DNA of 64,000 bases from an uncultured Nitrospiraceae bacterium (GCA_963727805.1 CAVSHF010000005.1:1152001-1216000); one strand, 5' to 3'. Shown: positions 38,414-48,810, numbered from the stretch's first letter. Numbers and translations are program-made. Notes: a model not told the origin generated them from the letters alone.

Positions 38414-39598
38414 CTATTTAGCAAGATCTTCCTCGGTCCAGAACCAGAACGGATCTCTTCTGGGCTCATACACTTGCTGCGCGATCGGCTTGACACCGAT
38501 ATATTCGAGGAACTCCCTCATACCGCGGCGGATAATGAGCTCGCCGATCCTCTCTCTGTTCTTTCCGTGTTCATCCCACCACTCCCACATCTTCCTGATA
38601 AGATCGAAGAACTCGGTGTAAGGGGCCTCCATCTTTATGAAGGGAATAATGACATGGGAAAGGGTCGCACCGATGACAAAAGGCGCCTTGCTGCCGATAA
38701 GAATCGTGGCTCCCTTTTCGCCTGTAGCTTTCAGGGCCTTGCCCATCTTTGAGATACAATGCATGCAGCGCGAGCAGTTTGCATCGTCGATCTTTAGGGC
38801 CTTACCGTCATAAGAGATACAGCCGGTGGGGCACATATCAACAATCTCGGACTTGATATTCATACCCTTGCCTTCATACCATTTCACTTGAGACTGGTCA
38901 ACAGCGATGGTGCCTTTCCAGGTACCTATGATTGAGCAGTCTGCGCGGGCTATGGAAGCGATACAGTCGCAGGCACATCCTGCGGTCTTGAATTTGAACT
39001 TATAGGGGAATGCAGGTCTGTGCATCTCATCCTGGAATTCCTGGGTGATAGCATAGGTAATAGCCATGGTGTCAATATTCGACCATTCGCATCTTGCTGC
39101 GCCGACGCAGCAGCTCGGGGTCCTCAAAGCAGAACCGGAGCCGCCGAGGTCCCAACCGCGGGACGAGAATTCAGCAAAGATAGGCTCGAGGTTCTCTGAT
39201 ACGGTGCCGAGGAGCACCATGTCTCCGGTAGAACCGTGCATGTTCGTAAGACCGCTGCCGTATTTGTCCCAGATGTCGCAGACAGTCCGGAGGTCAGAAG
39301 ATTTGTAGAAATAGCCTGATACTGAGTTAATTCTGACAGTATGGAAGTGGGCTACATGCGGAAATTCCGCAGGGACATCAGAATACCTTCCGATAACACC
39401 GCCTCCGTACCCCCTGACACCGACGATTCCGCCATGTTTCCAATGTGTCTTTTTTTCACGGTAACACTTTTCGAGCACTCCGAGCTCATCGGAAGCCATG
39501 TCGCTCTTTGCCGCCGCTTTCTTGATCTCGGTGACAAAGCTCGGGAATGGGCCTTTCTCCAGCTCATCCAGCAATGGAGTATCATACTTCTTGGGCAT
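38414..39598 (-). CDS. dsrA: dissimilatory sulfite reductase alpha subunit
   Basis: TPLLDELEKGPFPSFV, THWKHGGIVGV.GYGGGVIGRY, NMHGSTGD, CVGAARCE, PYKFKFK.AGC..DC. Confidence 0.97.
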   Translation of the reverse strand: MPKKYDTPLLDELEKGPFPSFVTEIKKAAAKSDMASDELGVLEKCYREKKTHWKHGGIVGVRGYGGGVIGRYSDVPAEFPHVAHFHTVRINSVSGYFYKSSDLRTVCDIWDKYGSGLTNMHGSTGDMVLLGTVSENLEPIFAEFSSRGWDLGGSGSALRTPSCCVGAARCEWSNIDTMAITYAITQEFQDEMHRPAFPYKFKFKTAGCACDCIASIARADCSIIGTWKGTIAVDQSQVKWYEGKGMNIKSEIVDMCPTGCISYDGKALKIDDANCSRCMHCISKMGKALKATGEKGATILIGSKAPFVIGATLSHVIIPFIKMEAPYTEFFDLIRKMWEWWDEHGKNRERIGELIIRRGMREFLEYIGVKPIAQQVYEPRRDPFWFWTEEDLAK

Positions 39599-39674
39599 AA
39601 ATTCCTCCTCTTTATTTGTTTTTACTACCTATTCCGACAAATGGAGACACTGGTGCCTCCCTAAAATGCTCTAC

Positions 39675-39740
39675 AGGTTAATATAGGGAAAAGTTGGCCG
39701 TCAAATTAAAAAATCTTATTTATACATTATCATTTCTTTA
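39675..39740 (-). promoter_or_regulatory. putative dsrA promoter
   Basis: Minus strand TTTAATTTGACG - 18 bp - TAACCT. Confidence 0.55.
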
Positions 39741-39793
39741 CGCGCATTCAAAACTTGACCCCTTCCTGTCCCAGAAAGTACAATTAATGTCGT

Positions 39794-42700
39794 ATGAAAA
39801 TTAAAGAGATCGATCTCATCGGTTTCAAATCCTTCGGGGACAGAACAGCCCTGCACCTTCACGATGGCATTACCTGTATCGTGGGGCCTAACGGCTGCGG
39901 TAAAAGCAACGTCGTTGACGCCTTTAGGTGGGTCCTGGGCGAGCAGAGTGCCAAGAGCCTCAGGGGCGAAAAGATGGAAGAGGTCATCTTCCAGGGTTCG
40001 GCGACCAAGAAGTCGAAAGGCATGGCGGAGGTGCGTCTGGTCATTTCCACCGCGATGCCGACACTCAGGGAGGGTCCCCCAAAAGAAGGGGGCAATGGCG
40101 AGACCTCCGATGATTCCACGTATGATAAGATCGAGGTCGCGAGAAGGCTTTACCGCTCGGGTGAGAGCGAGTATATCCTAAACAAGCGTTCTTGCAGGCT
40201 AAAAGATATCAAAGACCTGTTCCTCGATACCGGCCTTGATGTAAAAAGCTATTCAATCCTCGACCAGGGGAGAATGACTGAAATCCTGAATACTAAACCC
40301 GTCGAGCGGCGATTCCTGATCGAAGAAGTTGCCGGGGTCATGAAATATAAGGTAAGAAAGGCCGAGGCCATCTCGAAGCTGAGTTCATCCAAGGAAAATC
40401 TCCAGCGGATAAACGATATAACAACTGAGGTCAGACGCCAGATAAACAGTCTCGACCGGCTTGTAAAAAAAGCTGAGCGGTATAAGAGGCTGCTGAATGA
40501 GTTTAAAGAACTTGACCTCAGGATAGCCAAAAGGGAGCACATACGGCTCAAAAGCACGATTGACGCGTTGAATGCAGAGATCGAGCGTCTGCGACAAGCT
40601 CTCTCTGCCAGGAGATCTGAATTTTCGACCCTTGAAACAGGCATCGCAACAAAGAGAATCGAGATCCTCGAGAAAGAAAAGGTCCTCACCGGACTCGAAA
40701 ACAGCCTGAACGAAAAGGCGAAGTCGATTGCAGAACTCGAAAAAGAATCCGCCGTTCTGAAAAATATCATTGAAAATAAGAAGGACGACATTTCCCGCCT
40801 CTATAATCAAATACTTGAAATGGATTCAAAGAAAGAGGAACTCTTCGCTAAGATTTCGGAACTCGATGGGGCTGAAAAATCTCTCCTTACCAAAATAGAT
40901 GAGATTACCGAGGGGCTTAAAGAAAAGAAGGACTGGGCCTCCGGCATCGAGGTCTCAATAGGCGAAAAGGAAGAGGAACTCGAAAACAGACGAAAAGAGC
41001 TTTTCATGCTCTCCGATACCCTGAGCAGCAGGCGGAACGACCTCCACAAACTCCAATCATCCCTCGAGACATTGAACTACCGCGAATCAGCATCGCTGCG
41101 GGATAAGGAAGGTATCAGCAAGAGTCTCGATGAGAGCGTCAGGAGGATCGCCGAATTGAGCGGTGAGATCGAAGGCAGGAAGAGCGAGATAGCAGGACTC
41201 CACGAAGAGAAAGAGGAGTTGAATGTAAGAATCTCCAGTCTGCGTGAGGAGATCGAAAACAAGAAGATACTCCTCTCGAAGGAAAAAGAAGAGCTTGCCG
41301 GAAATCTCTCGCGTCTCGAGTCCCTCAAGGAGCTAATCATCGACAAGTCTCTCTACGAATTCCTGGCCGAATCAGAAGAGAGCAAGCACCTTTCTCCTGC
41401 TATCCTATCTAATATCATAAGTGCTGGAAAGGATTATGAAGTGGCTGTCGAAGCCGCACTTTCGGAGAAGATCAACTCGCTCATTATTGATAAAGTCAAT
41501 GATGTCTTTGCAGCGATTACCATAATAAAGGAAAAGGGGCTAGGAAAGACATCCATTCTCTATACGGACCTCTGCTGGATGCCCTCGGATGCCAGCGGGA
41601 CTCTATCACCTGCCGCTCCGGCTGTCATAGGCAGGGCGTCCGACTTCATCAGCTTCGAGAGTGCGGAGGCCCAAGCCATAGCATGTTCTGTCCTGAAAAA
41701 CGTCTTTATCGTCAATGACCTTTCGTCTGCCCTCGAACTAAGGAAAGATGCCCAGTATCACGACCTTTCCTTTGTGACTCTTGCCGGTGAATTGATTACG
41801 GCCGACGGGTTTATCGCTGCAGGCAAGGGCAAAGAGATACTCAAGAGGAAAAGAGAGATCAGGGAACTGCAGCGGGAGATCGACAACCGTCAGTCGCAGA
41901 TTGGAAAGATAGAGGAAGATATCCTTGCCACTACCGATGCCCTTACCTTCAAGAAAGAGGAACTACGGACAATCGAGAACGCCGTCATTGAGCTTGAAAA
42001 AGAGATTTCGCTTTCAAGGCATTCCCTGCAGGGTAAAAACGAGGAGATTGAGAGAATGAAGAGGAGGCTCTCATTCCTCGAAACAGAGCTTGCCACGATA
42101 GACGGGGAAAAAGAATCGCTACATGCCGTCATCAGCACAAAAGCTGCGGAAATAGCCGCTCTCGATAACGAAAGAGATGTTCTTAATGATAAGATTTCAG
42201 ACCTCCAGGAATCATTGTCCATCGTCAGGGGTGAATATGATACTGAAAGGTCCCACCTCTCCGAAATGAAGACTTCCCTCGCTGCCTATCGTGAGAAGCT
42301 CGAAGCGCTGAAAAAAGAGCGGTCAACGATTGCAGACACGATTGAAGAACTTGATGTGAAGAATGCCGCTGCGAGAGAAGATATTAAGACCGCCGAGGAA
42401 AAGATTGCCTCCTCGTTTGACGAGACTCAGAAGATCGAAGAGGCGGTCAAGGCACTCGTCACAGAGGCCGGAGCGATAGAAAAAGAGCGTTCAGAAAAGC
42501 GAGAGGTTATTAATTCCGAAAACATCGAACTGGTCGCCAAGGACGAGATGCTCAAAGGGTTCCGGGCTATTATCGATGACCTTACCCAGGAGCTTGCCGA
42601 CAACAATACGAAATTTGCCGAAAACAAGGTGAGGCTCGAAAACATCGAGACAAGCATGGTGCAAAAATATAGCATCGATGTCCAGGCAGCAGAGATAACT

Positions 42701-43384
42701 GTCGAAGGCTTTGATCCCGAAGAAGACGAGCAAAAGATGCTCGAGTTGAACGGTACCATCCAGGCGATGGGTCCCGTCAATATCGGTGCCATCGAGGAAT
42801 ACGAAGAACTGAAGACCCGTTACGATTTTCTCTCAAAGCAGCAGCAGGACCTCACACTTTCAATCGCCGAACTGGAAGAGGCAATCACCCGCATAAATGC
42901 TACCACGAGGAAAAAACTTCGCGAGGCCTATGATGCGCTCAGAGGAAAATTTCAAGAGGTCTTCACCGTCCTCTTTGGCGGAGGAAGAGCCGATATCATC
43001 CTGACCGATGATGAAAATATACTTGAATCAGGACTCGATATCATCGCTCAGCCGCCGGGCAAGAAGCTCCAGAATATCAACCTGCTCTCGGGCGGTGAAA
43101 AGGCGCTGACATCTCTCTCGCTTCTCTTTGCGGGCTTCCTGATAAAGCCTTCTCCATTATGCATACTCGATGAGGCCGATGCCCCCCTCGATGAGTCTAA
43201 TACCGTCAGATTCGCCCGGATGATCAAGGATCTCGCGGGTGATACACAGTTTCTGGTCATCACTCACAACCGCGCCACCATGGAGGCAGCCGATTATTTA
43301 TACGGCATAACTATGGAAGAGCCTGGCGTCTCAAAAGCCATCTCCCTCCGATTCAGCGAAGCCGAAAACAGCGCTATTGTATAA
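39794..43384 (+). CDS. smc: chromosome segregation protein SMC
   Basis: GFKSF, GPNGCGKSN, long coiled coils with hinge, LSGGEK, LDEADAPLD, ITHN. Confidence 0.96.
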   Translation: MKIKEIDLIGFKSFGDRTALHLHDGITCIVGPNGCGKSNVVDAFRWVLGEQSAKSLRGEKMEEVIFQGSATKKSKGMAEVRLVISTAMPTLREGPPKEGGNGETSDDSTYDKIEVARRLYRSGESEYILNKRSCRLKDIKDLFLDTGLDVKSYSILDQGRMTEILNTKPVERRFLIEEVAGVMKYKVRKAEAISKLSSSKENLQRINDITTEVRRQINSLDRLVKKAERYKRLLNEFKELDLRIAKREHIRLKSTIDALNAEIERLRQALSARRSEFSTLETGIATKRIEILEKEKVLTGLENSLNEKAKSIAELEKESAVLKNIIENKKDDISRLYNQILEMDSKKEELFAKISELDGAEKSLLTKIDEITEGLKEKKDWASGIEVSIGEKEEELENRRKELFMLSDTLSSRRNDLHKLQSSLETLNYRESASLRDKEGISKSLDESVRRIAELSGEIEGRKSEIAGLHEEKEELNVRISSLREEIENKKILLSKEKEELAGNLSRLESLKELIIDKSLYEFLAESEESKHLSPAILSNIISAGKDYEVAVEAALSEKINSLIIDKVNDVFAAITIIKEKGLGKTSILYTDLCWMPSDASGTLSPAAPAVIGRASDFISFESAEAQAIACSVLKNVFIVNDLSSALELRKDAQYHDLSFVTLAGELITADGFIAAGKGKEILKRKREIRELQREIDNRQSQIGKIEEDILATTDALTFKKEELRTIENAVIELEKEISLSRHSLQGKNEEIERMKRRLSFLETELATIDGEKESLHAVISTKAAEIAALDNERDVLNDKISDLQESLSIVRGEYDTERSHLSEMKTSLAAYREKLEALKKERSTIADTIEELDVKNAAAREDIKTAEEKIASSFDETQKIEEAVKALVTEAGAIEKERSEKREVINSENIELVAKDEMLKGFRAIIDDLTQELADNNTKFAENKVRLENIETSMVQKYSIDVQAAEITVEGFDPEEDEQKMLELNGTIQAMGPVNIGAIEEYEELKTRYDFLSKQQQDLTLSIAELEEAITRINATTRKKLREAYDALRGKFQEVFTVLFGGGRADIILTDDENILESGLDIIAQPPGKKLQNINLLSGGEKALTSLSLLFAGFLIKPSPLCILDEADAPLDESNTVRFARMIKDLAGDTQFLVITHNRATMEAADYLYGITMEEPGVSKAISLRFSEAENSAIV

Positions 43385-43489
43385 TTTGATGGGTCATTTG
43401 GTGCGGACACACGACTAAGCTGTTGAGGGCATCTGTCCACACCGATCGGGTATTTTACAGAATCTCGCGGCAACAATTATAATTCATAT

Positions 43490-44848
43490 ATGAAAACTGC
43501 GTCACATATATCTGGAGTAGAGATATCCAGCGAATACGAAGACCTTATTTGTTACGGCTTCGACGCCTCCATCGTGGACGAAGGGCTGCCGCACGCAGTT
43601 GCTTGGCCTAAAAACGCAGAGGATGTCATCAAAATAGTTCACTATGCCGCTGCACAGGACCTTAAGATAATTCCACGGGGTGCAGGAACAGGCATGGCGG
43701 GTGCGACGGTGCCGAATCGTGAAGATTCGATAGTCCTCAGTTTCGAGAAGATGAGAAAGATCATAGAGATCGATACAAATAACATGACCGCCGTTGTCGA
43801 ACCAGGGACCGTCAATGGACGACTCCAGAGGGAACTGGAGCACCTTGGTTTCTTTTATCCTCCCGACCCATCCAGCCTCAGCGTCTGCACCATCGGGGGC
43901 AACGTCGCCACGAATGCCGGCGGCCCACGGGCCATCAAATATGGCGTTACGCGTGATTATGTGCTCGAACTCGAAGCGGTCCTGCCCGACGGGAGCCTAG
44001 TCACCCTTGGTGGTAGAACCTACAAGCGAGTGGTCGGCTATGAACTTAAACATCTTCTCATCGGGGCTGAGGGAACACTTGCCATTATTACAAAAATACG
44101 GCTGAAGATCCTACCCCAACCTGAGGATATAGTTACGCTACTCGTCAAGTTCAATGATATGGCCGCTGCCGGCGAAGCAGTATCAAAAATCATTATCTCC
44201 CGTATCATTCCGAGAACCTTGGAATTTCTCGATAGCTCAGCGATTAGAGTCATTGAACAATACAAACCCACTGGACTCCCAGCGGACGTGGAAGCACTGC
44301 TGCTTGTAGAACTCGATGGCCATACCGCAACTATACAGAAAGAGGCTGAAAAGGTCATCGCTATCTGCCGAGACTTGGGAGGAGAGACTGCAGTGGCCGC
44401 TGACAGGCTCGCGCGCGACAAGCTTTGGGATGCACGCAGGTCGATTTCCCCGGCACTCTACCATCTCAAGCCAAACAAGATCAACGAAGATATCGTTGTG
44501 CCTCGAGATAAAATCCCTCTCGTCCTGACAAAGATTCGCCAATTCTCCGAGGAAAGCGGAATCATCATAGTGAGCTTCGGCCATGCGGGGGACGGTAATA
44601 TACATGTGAATGTCATGGCTGATAAAAATAATACAGAGGAATATTCAAAGGGGCTCGCCATTATAAAAAAGATATTCGAACTGACCCTTTCGGTGGGCGG
44701 CTCGCTCTCGGGAGAACATGGTATCGGGCTTGCGAAACTACCTTACATCAATATGGAAATCAAAGAGCGAGAAATGAAGCTCATGAGAGATGTCAAACGA
44801 TTGATCGATCCGAAGAATATGATGAACCCGGGAAAGATATTTCTCTAA
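43490..44848 (+). CDS. FAD-linked 2-hydroxyacid oxidase (GlcD / D-lactate dehydrogenase family)
   Basis: PRGAGTG, PPDPSS, TIGGN, FGHAGDGNIH, GEHGIG, MNPGK. Confidence 0.9.
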   Translation: MKTASHISGVEISSEYEDLICYGFDASIVDEGLPHAVAWPKNAEDVIKIVHYAAAQDLKIIPRGAGTGMAGATVPNREDSIVLSFEKMRKIIEIDTNNMTAVVEPGTVNGRLQRELEHLGFFYPPDPSSLSVCTIGGNVATNAGGPRAIKYGVTRDYVLELEAVLPDGSLVTLGGRTYKRVVGYELKHLLIGAEGTLAIITKIRLKILPQPEDIVTLLVKFNDMAAAGEAVSKIIISRIIPRTLEFLDSSAIRVIEQYKPTGLPADVEALLLVELDGHTATIQKEAEKVIAICRDLGGETAVAADRLARDKLWDARRSISPALYHLKPNKINEDIVVPRDKIPLVLTKIRQFSEESGIIIVSFGHAGDGNIHVNVMADKNNTEEYSKGLAIIKKIFELTLSVGGSLSGEHGIGLAKLPYINMEIKEREMKLMRDVKRLIDPKNMMNPGKIFL

Positions 44849-44849
44849 C

Positions 44850-45257
44850 TTATCCACTTTTCTTGGCGTTAATGACCATCGGGCTCGTTCCCGTCCCAAC
44901 CCGAAATCCACACTGTTCGTAAAATTTGACCTGTTCATCAAATGCGATCAAGTTTATTCTCGCATACCCTTTGTATTCTTTAAGCATGAGCATAATTAAT
45001 TGTTTTCCTATACCCGTCCCTTGATATTCAGGCTTTACTAATAGATAAGGGAAAGAGACGTTCAAAACACCATCCGACAAAGAATTAATCAGGCCGACCA
45101 AATTCTCACCGTCCCACGCTGTGTAGACAGCATCGGAATTCTTTATCGCTGCTCGCAATTTGTCCGGATATTTTGCGGAATCCCACTTGACCGAAAGGAA
45201 TAATTCCTGAAGCTGAATCCGATCAAATTCCTTTGTGTTCTTATATCTGATACCCAC
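44850..45257 (-). CDS. GNAT N-acetyltransferase
   Basis: LLVKPEYQGTGIGKQL, FYEQCGF. Confidence 0.85.
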   Translation of the reverse strand: MGIRYKNTKEFDRIQLQELFLSVKWDSAKYPDKLRAAIKNSDAVYTAWDGENLVGLINSLSDGVLNVSFPYLLVKPEYQGTGIGKQLIMLMLKEYKGYARINLIAFDEQVKFYEQCGFRVGTGTSPMVINAKKSG

Positions 45258-45450
45258 GCAAAAACCTCCGGGTTAACCATCAATAGCTATGATAATGATA
45301 GAATGTCTTCTTCGTCCAGCAGATAAAATTCAATAATAGCTCATTGAATTAAAGTAATAAAAATCAATATGCCAATGATCAGTATGCGTGATCGTTTCAG
45401 TGAAATGACTACTTCTGGAGGATGTAAAGTCAAAATGCTTCGCTTTGAGG

Positions 45451-45756
45451 TTAAACTTTCATATCGATGAGGCTCTTGAGCACGTCATTTTCGGTCTGTA
45501 GCGATTTGATATTAACCTGAATAGCATTCTTTTCTATCATCATATCAACCATTTCTTTGGCAATGTCTACATCGGCATTTTCACTTTGGCTCAACGTCAC
45601 TTTGACTTCGCCGTTGACATCCTCATTTATTACAGCACTGGTCGGCTTAAACCCGTTCGTATTCATATTTGCAATATTGTTAGCAGTAACGTTCAGTCCG
45701 GTGCCGAAAGCAGCCAATGCACTGAGTGCGCTGTTGGTAACAGTTCCGATAGACAT
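45451..45756 (-). CDS. minimal flagellar basal-body rod/hook-like protein (N- and C-terminal D0 motifs only)
   Basis: VTANNIANMNTNGFK and DVDIAKEMVDMM...N.KSLQT.NDVLKSLIDMK. Confidence 0.8.
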   Translation of the reverse strand: MSIGTVTNSALSALAAFGTGLNVTANNIANMNTNGFKPTSAVINEDVNGEVKVTLSQSENADVDIAKEMVDMMIEKNAIQVNIKSLQTENDVLKSLIDMKV

Positions 45757-45831
45757 TCAAGCCTCCTTAATTGAGGGCTGCAAGCCATGCGTCTATTAAA
45801 AAATGCCAGGGAGTCAATGCACCGTACTATG

Positions 45832-45858
45832 TTATCGAAGAATAATGGAGATACTTTA
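45832..45858 (-). promoter_or_regulatory. sigma28 (FliA)-like promoter
   Basis: Minus strand TAAA-N15-TTCGATAA versus consensus TAAA-N15-GCCGATAA. Confidence 0.6.
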
Positions 45859-45880
45859 ATCTGTGGGCATGCAGGAGAGT

Positions 45881-46438
45881 TTATCGTAGCAATTCAGCAA
45901 AACCACTCTGATCTCTTGATACAGCTATCGACAGGGCCGTTTGACCCTCCCGTGTTTTAGCGTTGACATCTGCCCCGTTCTCAATCAATAGTTTTCCAAT
46001 AGCGATCTGTCCCGTATAGGCCGCATACATCAGGGGTGTCCAGCCAGTATTTGACTTGGCATTTACCTCCGCTCCTTTATTCATTAACAGTTTTGCAAGT
46101 TCAGTCTGGCCATAGTAGGATGCATACATCAACGCTGTCCAGCCGAGCCAGTCTTTCGCATTTACCTTGGCACCCTTTTCTAGTAATAACTTTCCTATTT
46201 CGATAGGGGCTTCGGTCGACGCAGCTGTGGCCATGAGGGGGGTTATGCCGCTTTCGTCTGTAGTGTTCATATTGGTATTCACATTTGCCCCCGCGGCAAT
46301 CGTTTCCCTCACTTTTTGAATGTTTTTTGTTCGTATCGCATCCATCAGCGCGGTATTATGAACATCTGCCGCATAAGCTACGATTCCTGGGATTAGACTT
46401 AATGCCAGAGCAAAAAAAAGCGAAAGTAATTTCTTCAT
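45881..46438 (-). CDS. exported ankyrin-repeat protein
   Basis: MKKLL signal peptide; repeated G.TPLM.A...LL..GA.VNAK. Confidence 0.88.
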   Translation of the reverse strand: MKKLLSLFFALALSLIPGIVAYAADVHNTALMDAIRTKNIQKVRETIAAGANVNTNMNTTDESGITPLMATAASTEAPIEIGKLLLEKGAKVNAKDWLGWTALMYASYYGQTELAKLLMNKGAEVNAKSNTGWTPLMYAAYTGQIAIGKLLIENGADVNAKTREGQTALSIAVSRDQSGFAELLR

Positions 46439-46727
46439 ATTTAACTCCTTTGAATGCATGCCGCTGCAACCCGAGAATAACTGCAGCGGGTTCATATATC
46501 CCGAAGTGGGTTATAGGGCGAAGTATCCGGCATTGAGCTCTTATCGATTCCTTGTACTTGTATATCGGGGTTACCTTCGGATTATAAGCGTTAATTTTTA
46601 TTTTATCAATATACAACTGGCATGTCGAAGGTGGTGGCCTCTAAAGTTTTATGCTATTATTTCAAACAATCATCCGATTGCAATGAGCAATTAATATGAG
46701 AGGCATTTCAAACATAAGGAGATCACT

Positions 46728-47084
46728 ATGGCAACATCTGACCGGGCCTGTTTTGCAAGGCTGGAAGATTTTATCACGTTCGCAAAAACTGGCGCAAAAC
46801 TTCATGCATCCGTTGCTCTCGAAAAACAACTTGTCGCACAGAAGCATCCGCAGCGAAAGAGTGAGAAGATGGAGGAGGAACTGGCCATGTATATCCTCTC
46901 TGCCATTTTCACCTTCAAAATGGGGAGCGGAGATAAAACGGTATCGAAAGTTTATCTTTTTGGTTCGACTGGAGAATCAGCGCACGATTCAAGAGTCCAT
47001 ATAAACATAGTTAATGCACGACTTACAGTCGATTACAAAAGGCTCAGAGACGCGAATATAACGATCGATGAAAATTTCTTTTAA
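46728..47084 (+). CDS. hypothetical protein
   Basis: AGGAGA RBS, 118 aa ORF. Confidence 0.6.
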   Translation: MATSDRACFARLEDFITFAKTGAKLHASVALEKQLVAQKHPQRKSEKMEEELAMYILSAIFTFKMGSGDKTVSKVYLFGSTGESAHDSRVHINIVNARLTVDYKRLRDANITIDENFF

Positions 47085-47151
47085 CAAACACTATAAATCG
47101 CTGGTCATTTCGACTACCGAAAAAACTACGAGTGGCATCTCAGAAGAGGGG

Positions 47152-47679
47152 TCATGTAGCCGGAGCAAAAGTCTTCAATTGTGAAGGATCAAGATCGGCT
47201 CTCTGCGGCAAATAATAATCCAGCCATGCCGATTTAGGTGATTCTGGATTATCCTTCAATATCCGCAGTGCCTCCAACCTCTCTTGCGGATATGCTTTCC
47301 CCCAACCCAAAAAATCATTTGAGAGCATTTCAAGGCTTAAAAGTACAGCGGCCAGAAACTTCCATCCATCCTTCTCACGGCTTGCCAAAACTCTATCCGC
47401 AAGAAATATCACAACCACTGTGAAAAGACTCCACCAGGGAATAAAAAAAGTAAAGCAAATGACCCCGATGCTCCCTAAAAAACACCATTTCCGAATTGTA
47501 AAGTACCGATTAGTTACCTTCGATGCAGCATTAGCCTCGGGAATCATGGTCAGGGCAGTCATGTTATCGTCCGTTCCAATTTTTACGGCGAGATTGTCAA
47601 AGCCCTTTTTTCGATGAGATTGTGTAACCGTCTGCGTGCAAATACTGAAAAGCTCAGGTGGTATAAACCCTATTTTCAT
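47152..47679 (-). CDS. hypothetical membrane protein
   Basis: 175 aa ORF with a central hydrophobic hairpin. Confidence 0.55.
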   Translation of the reverse strand: MKIGFIPPELFSICTQTVTQSHRKKGFDNLAVKIGTDDNMTALTMIPEANAASKVTNRYFTIRKWCFLGSIGVICFTFFIPWWSLFTVVVIFLADRVLASREKDGWKFLAAVLLSLEMLSNDFLGWGKAYPQERLEALRILKDNPESPKSAWLDYYLPQRADLDPSQLKTFAPAT

Positions 47680-47933
47680 TCATAGCCTCAATATCCAGTT
47701 TCCATAACAATACCAGATAACGATCTGGCTGTCAAAAAGATTACTACGATTCCCAGCTGCTTCCCTGTAAATTCAAGACACATGCATTGATCCAAACACA
47801 CAAAAGTCGCTTGATAACATCAGAGTCAGTGTTCTTTGTGTGCATTCATCGTTCTCAAAATAATATTCTTGAAAAATATATTCCTGGAATGATATGCTTT
47901 GCGATATAGTCAGTTCAAGTGGAGCGGAATGCC

Positions 47934-48152
47934 ATGATGATAAGAGTTGTATACCACGATAATACGTACGATACGATTCCTGTTTTTATCCTCCAGCTCG
48001 GCATCGATTGCAAAAAGATCAAAATGTTTTACCGCAGTTCCGAAAAGAGATGGATTACTGTGGGGGTAGATCGCGTTAGAAAAGCGGAAGAATACCATCC
48101 TGATAGGCCCGAACGACGCAAGGCAAATCTGTCGACCGCTCAACTGGTATAA
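47934..48152 (+). CDS. small conserved protein resembling the GSU3473 family
   Basis: MIRVVY.D..YD...I..F.RS...W..VGVD.VR...PERR pattern. Confidence 0.6.
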   Translation: MMIRVVYHDNTYDTIPVFILQLGIDCKKIKMFYRSSEKRWITVGVDRVRKAEEYHPDRPERRKANLSTAQLV

Positions 48153-48155
48153 ATC

Positions 48156-48506
48156 CTACTTAAAGGTTTTCAGGACATAATCTGCAATCGCTCTGGCTTC
48201 CTTATCAGAGACCGTCTTCTTGTCGAACTTTGTCATGCCCGGCCCAGGATTTCTCATCTTCTTGATGATATCAGCAGGCTTCCTGATACCATTGGCATCG
48301 AGGTCCTTTTTTAGAAGTGACTTTTCAGGGGTAACGACATTGCTGCCGTCAGGATGGCAAATAGCACAATGCTCCTTAAATTCAGTCTCTCCCGAAATTT
48401 TCTTCATCGCCTTTTCTCCTGTCTTATCCTCCGCCGCAAATGACCCTCCGGTGACAAATGCGCACAGACACATCGTCGCAGCCGCTATGGTCAACACCTT
48501 CCTCAT
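48156..48506 (-). CDS. exported monoheme class I cytochrome c (c6-like)
   Basis: Signal peptide, CAICH, MRNPGPGM axial Met. Confidence 0.9.
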   Translation of the reverse strand: MRKVLTIAAATMCLCAFVTGGSFAAEDKTGEKAMKKISGETEFKEHCAICHPDGSNVVTPEKSLLKKDLDANGIRKPADIIKKMRNPGPGMTKFDKKTVSDKEARAIADYVLKTFK

Positions 48507-48810
48507 TTCTTACTTCCTCCTTGTTAACTTATTAGTTTGCACCTGTTATTACACTATGTTAGTTATTCTTTATCTGTCATTCCACCGTAGGCAACAACGG
48601 TACTTTCAGGATTTCATCCGGTAACTCTCCTGTATGAGATTTTAATAAATCACGAGGTCGATAGTGTGCTGCTTCGTTGTCTCCTTCCAGCGCTGGATCT
48701 TCGCCATTATCATGCCCCTTCCTGCGTATCGGCTGAGCCGTCGTGAAAATAGGGCGACATTATCCTCAGGATCATCCCTCTATTTCCTGCACTTGCTCTG
48801 TAATCATACC

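Noticed and set aside
39794..43384. SMC as a defence system (Wadjet/Lamassu) component
   Set aside because: It has canonical full-length housekeeping SMC motifs and no jet/lmu-like neighbours.
48642..48713. 23-aa minus-strand ORF (MIMAKIQRW...) between sorB and cytochrome c
   Set aside because: Too short, with no recognisable motif; cannot be supported.
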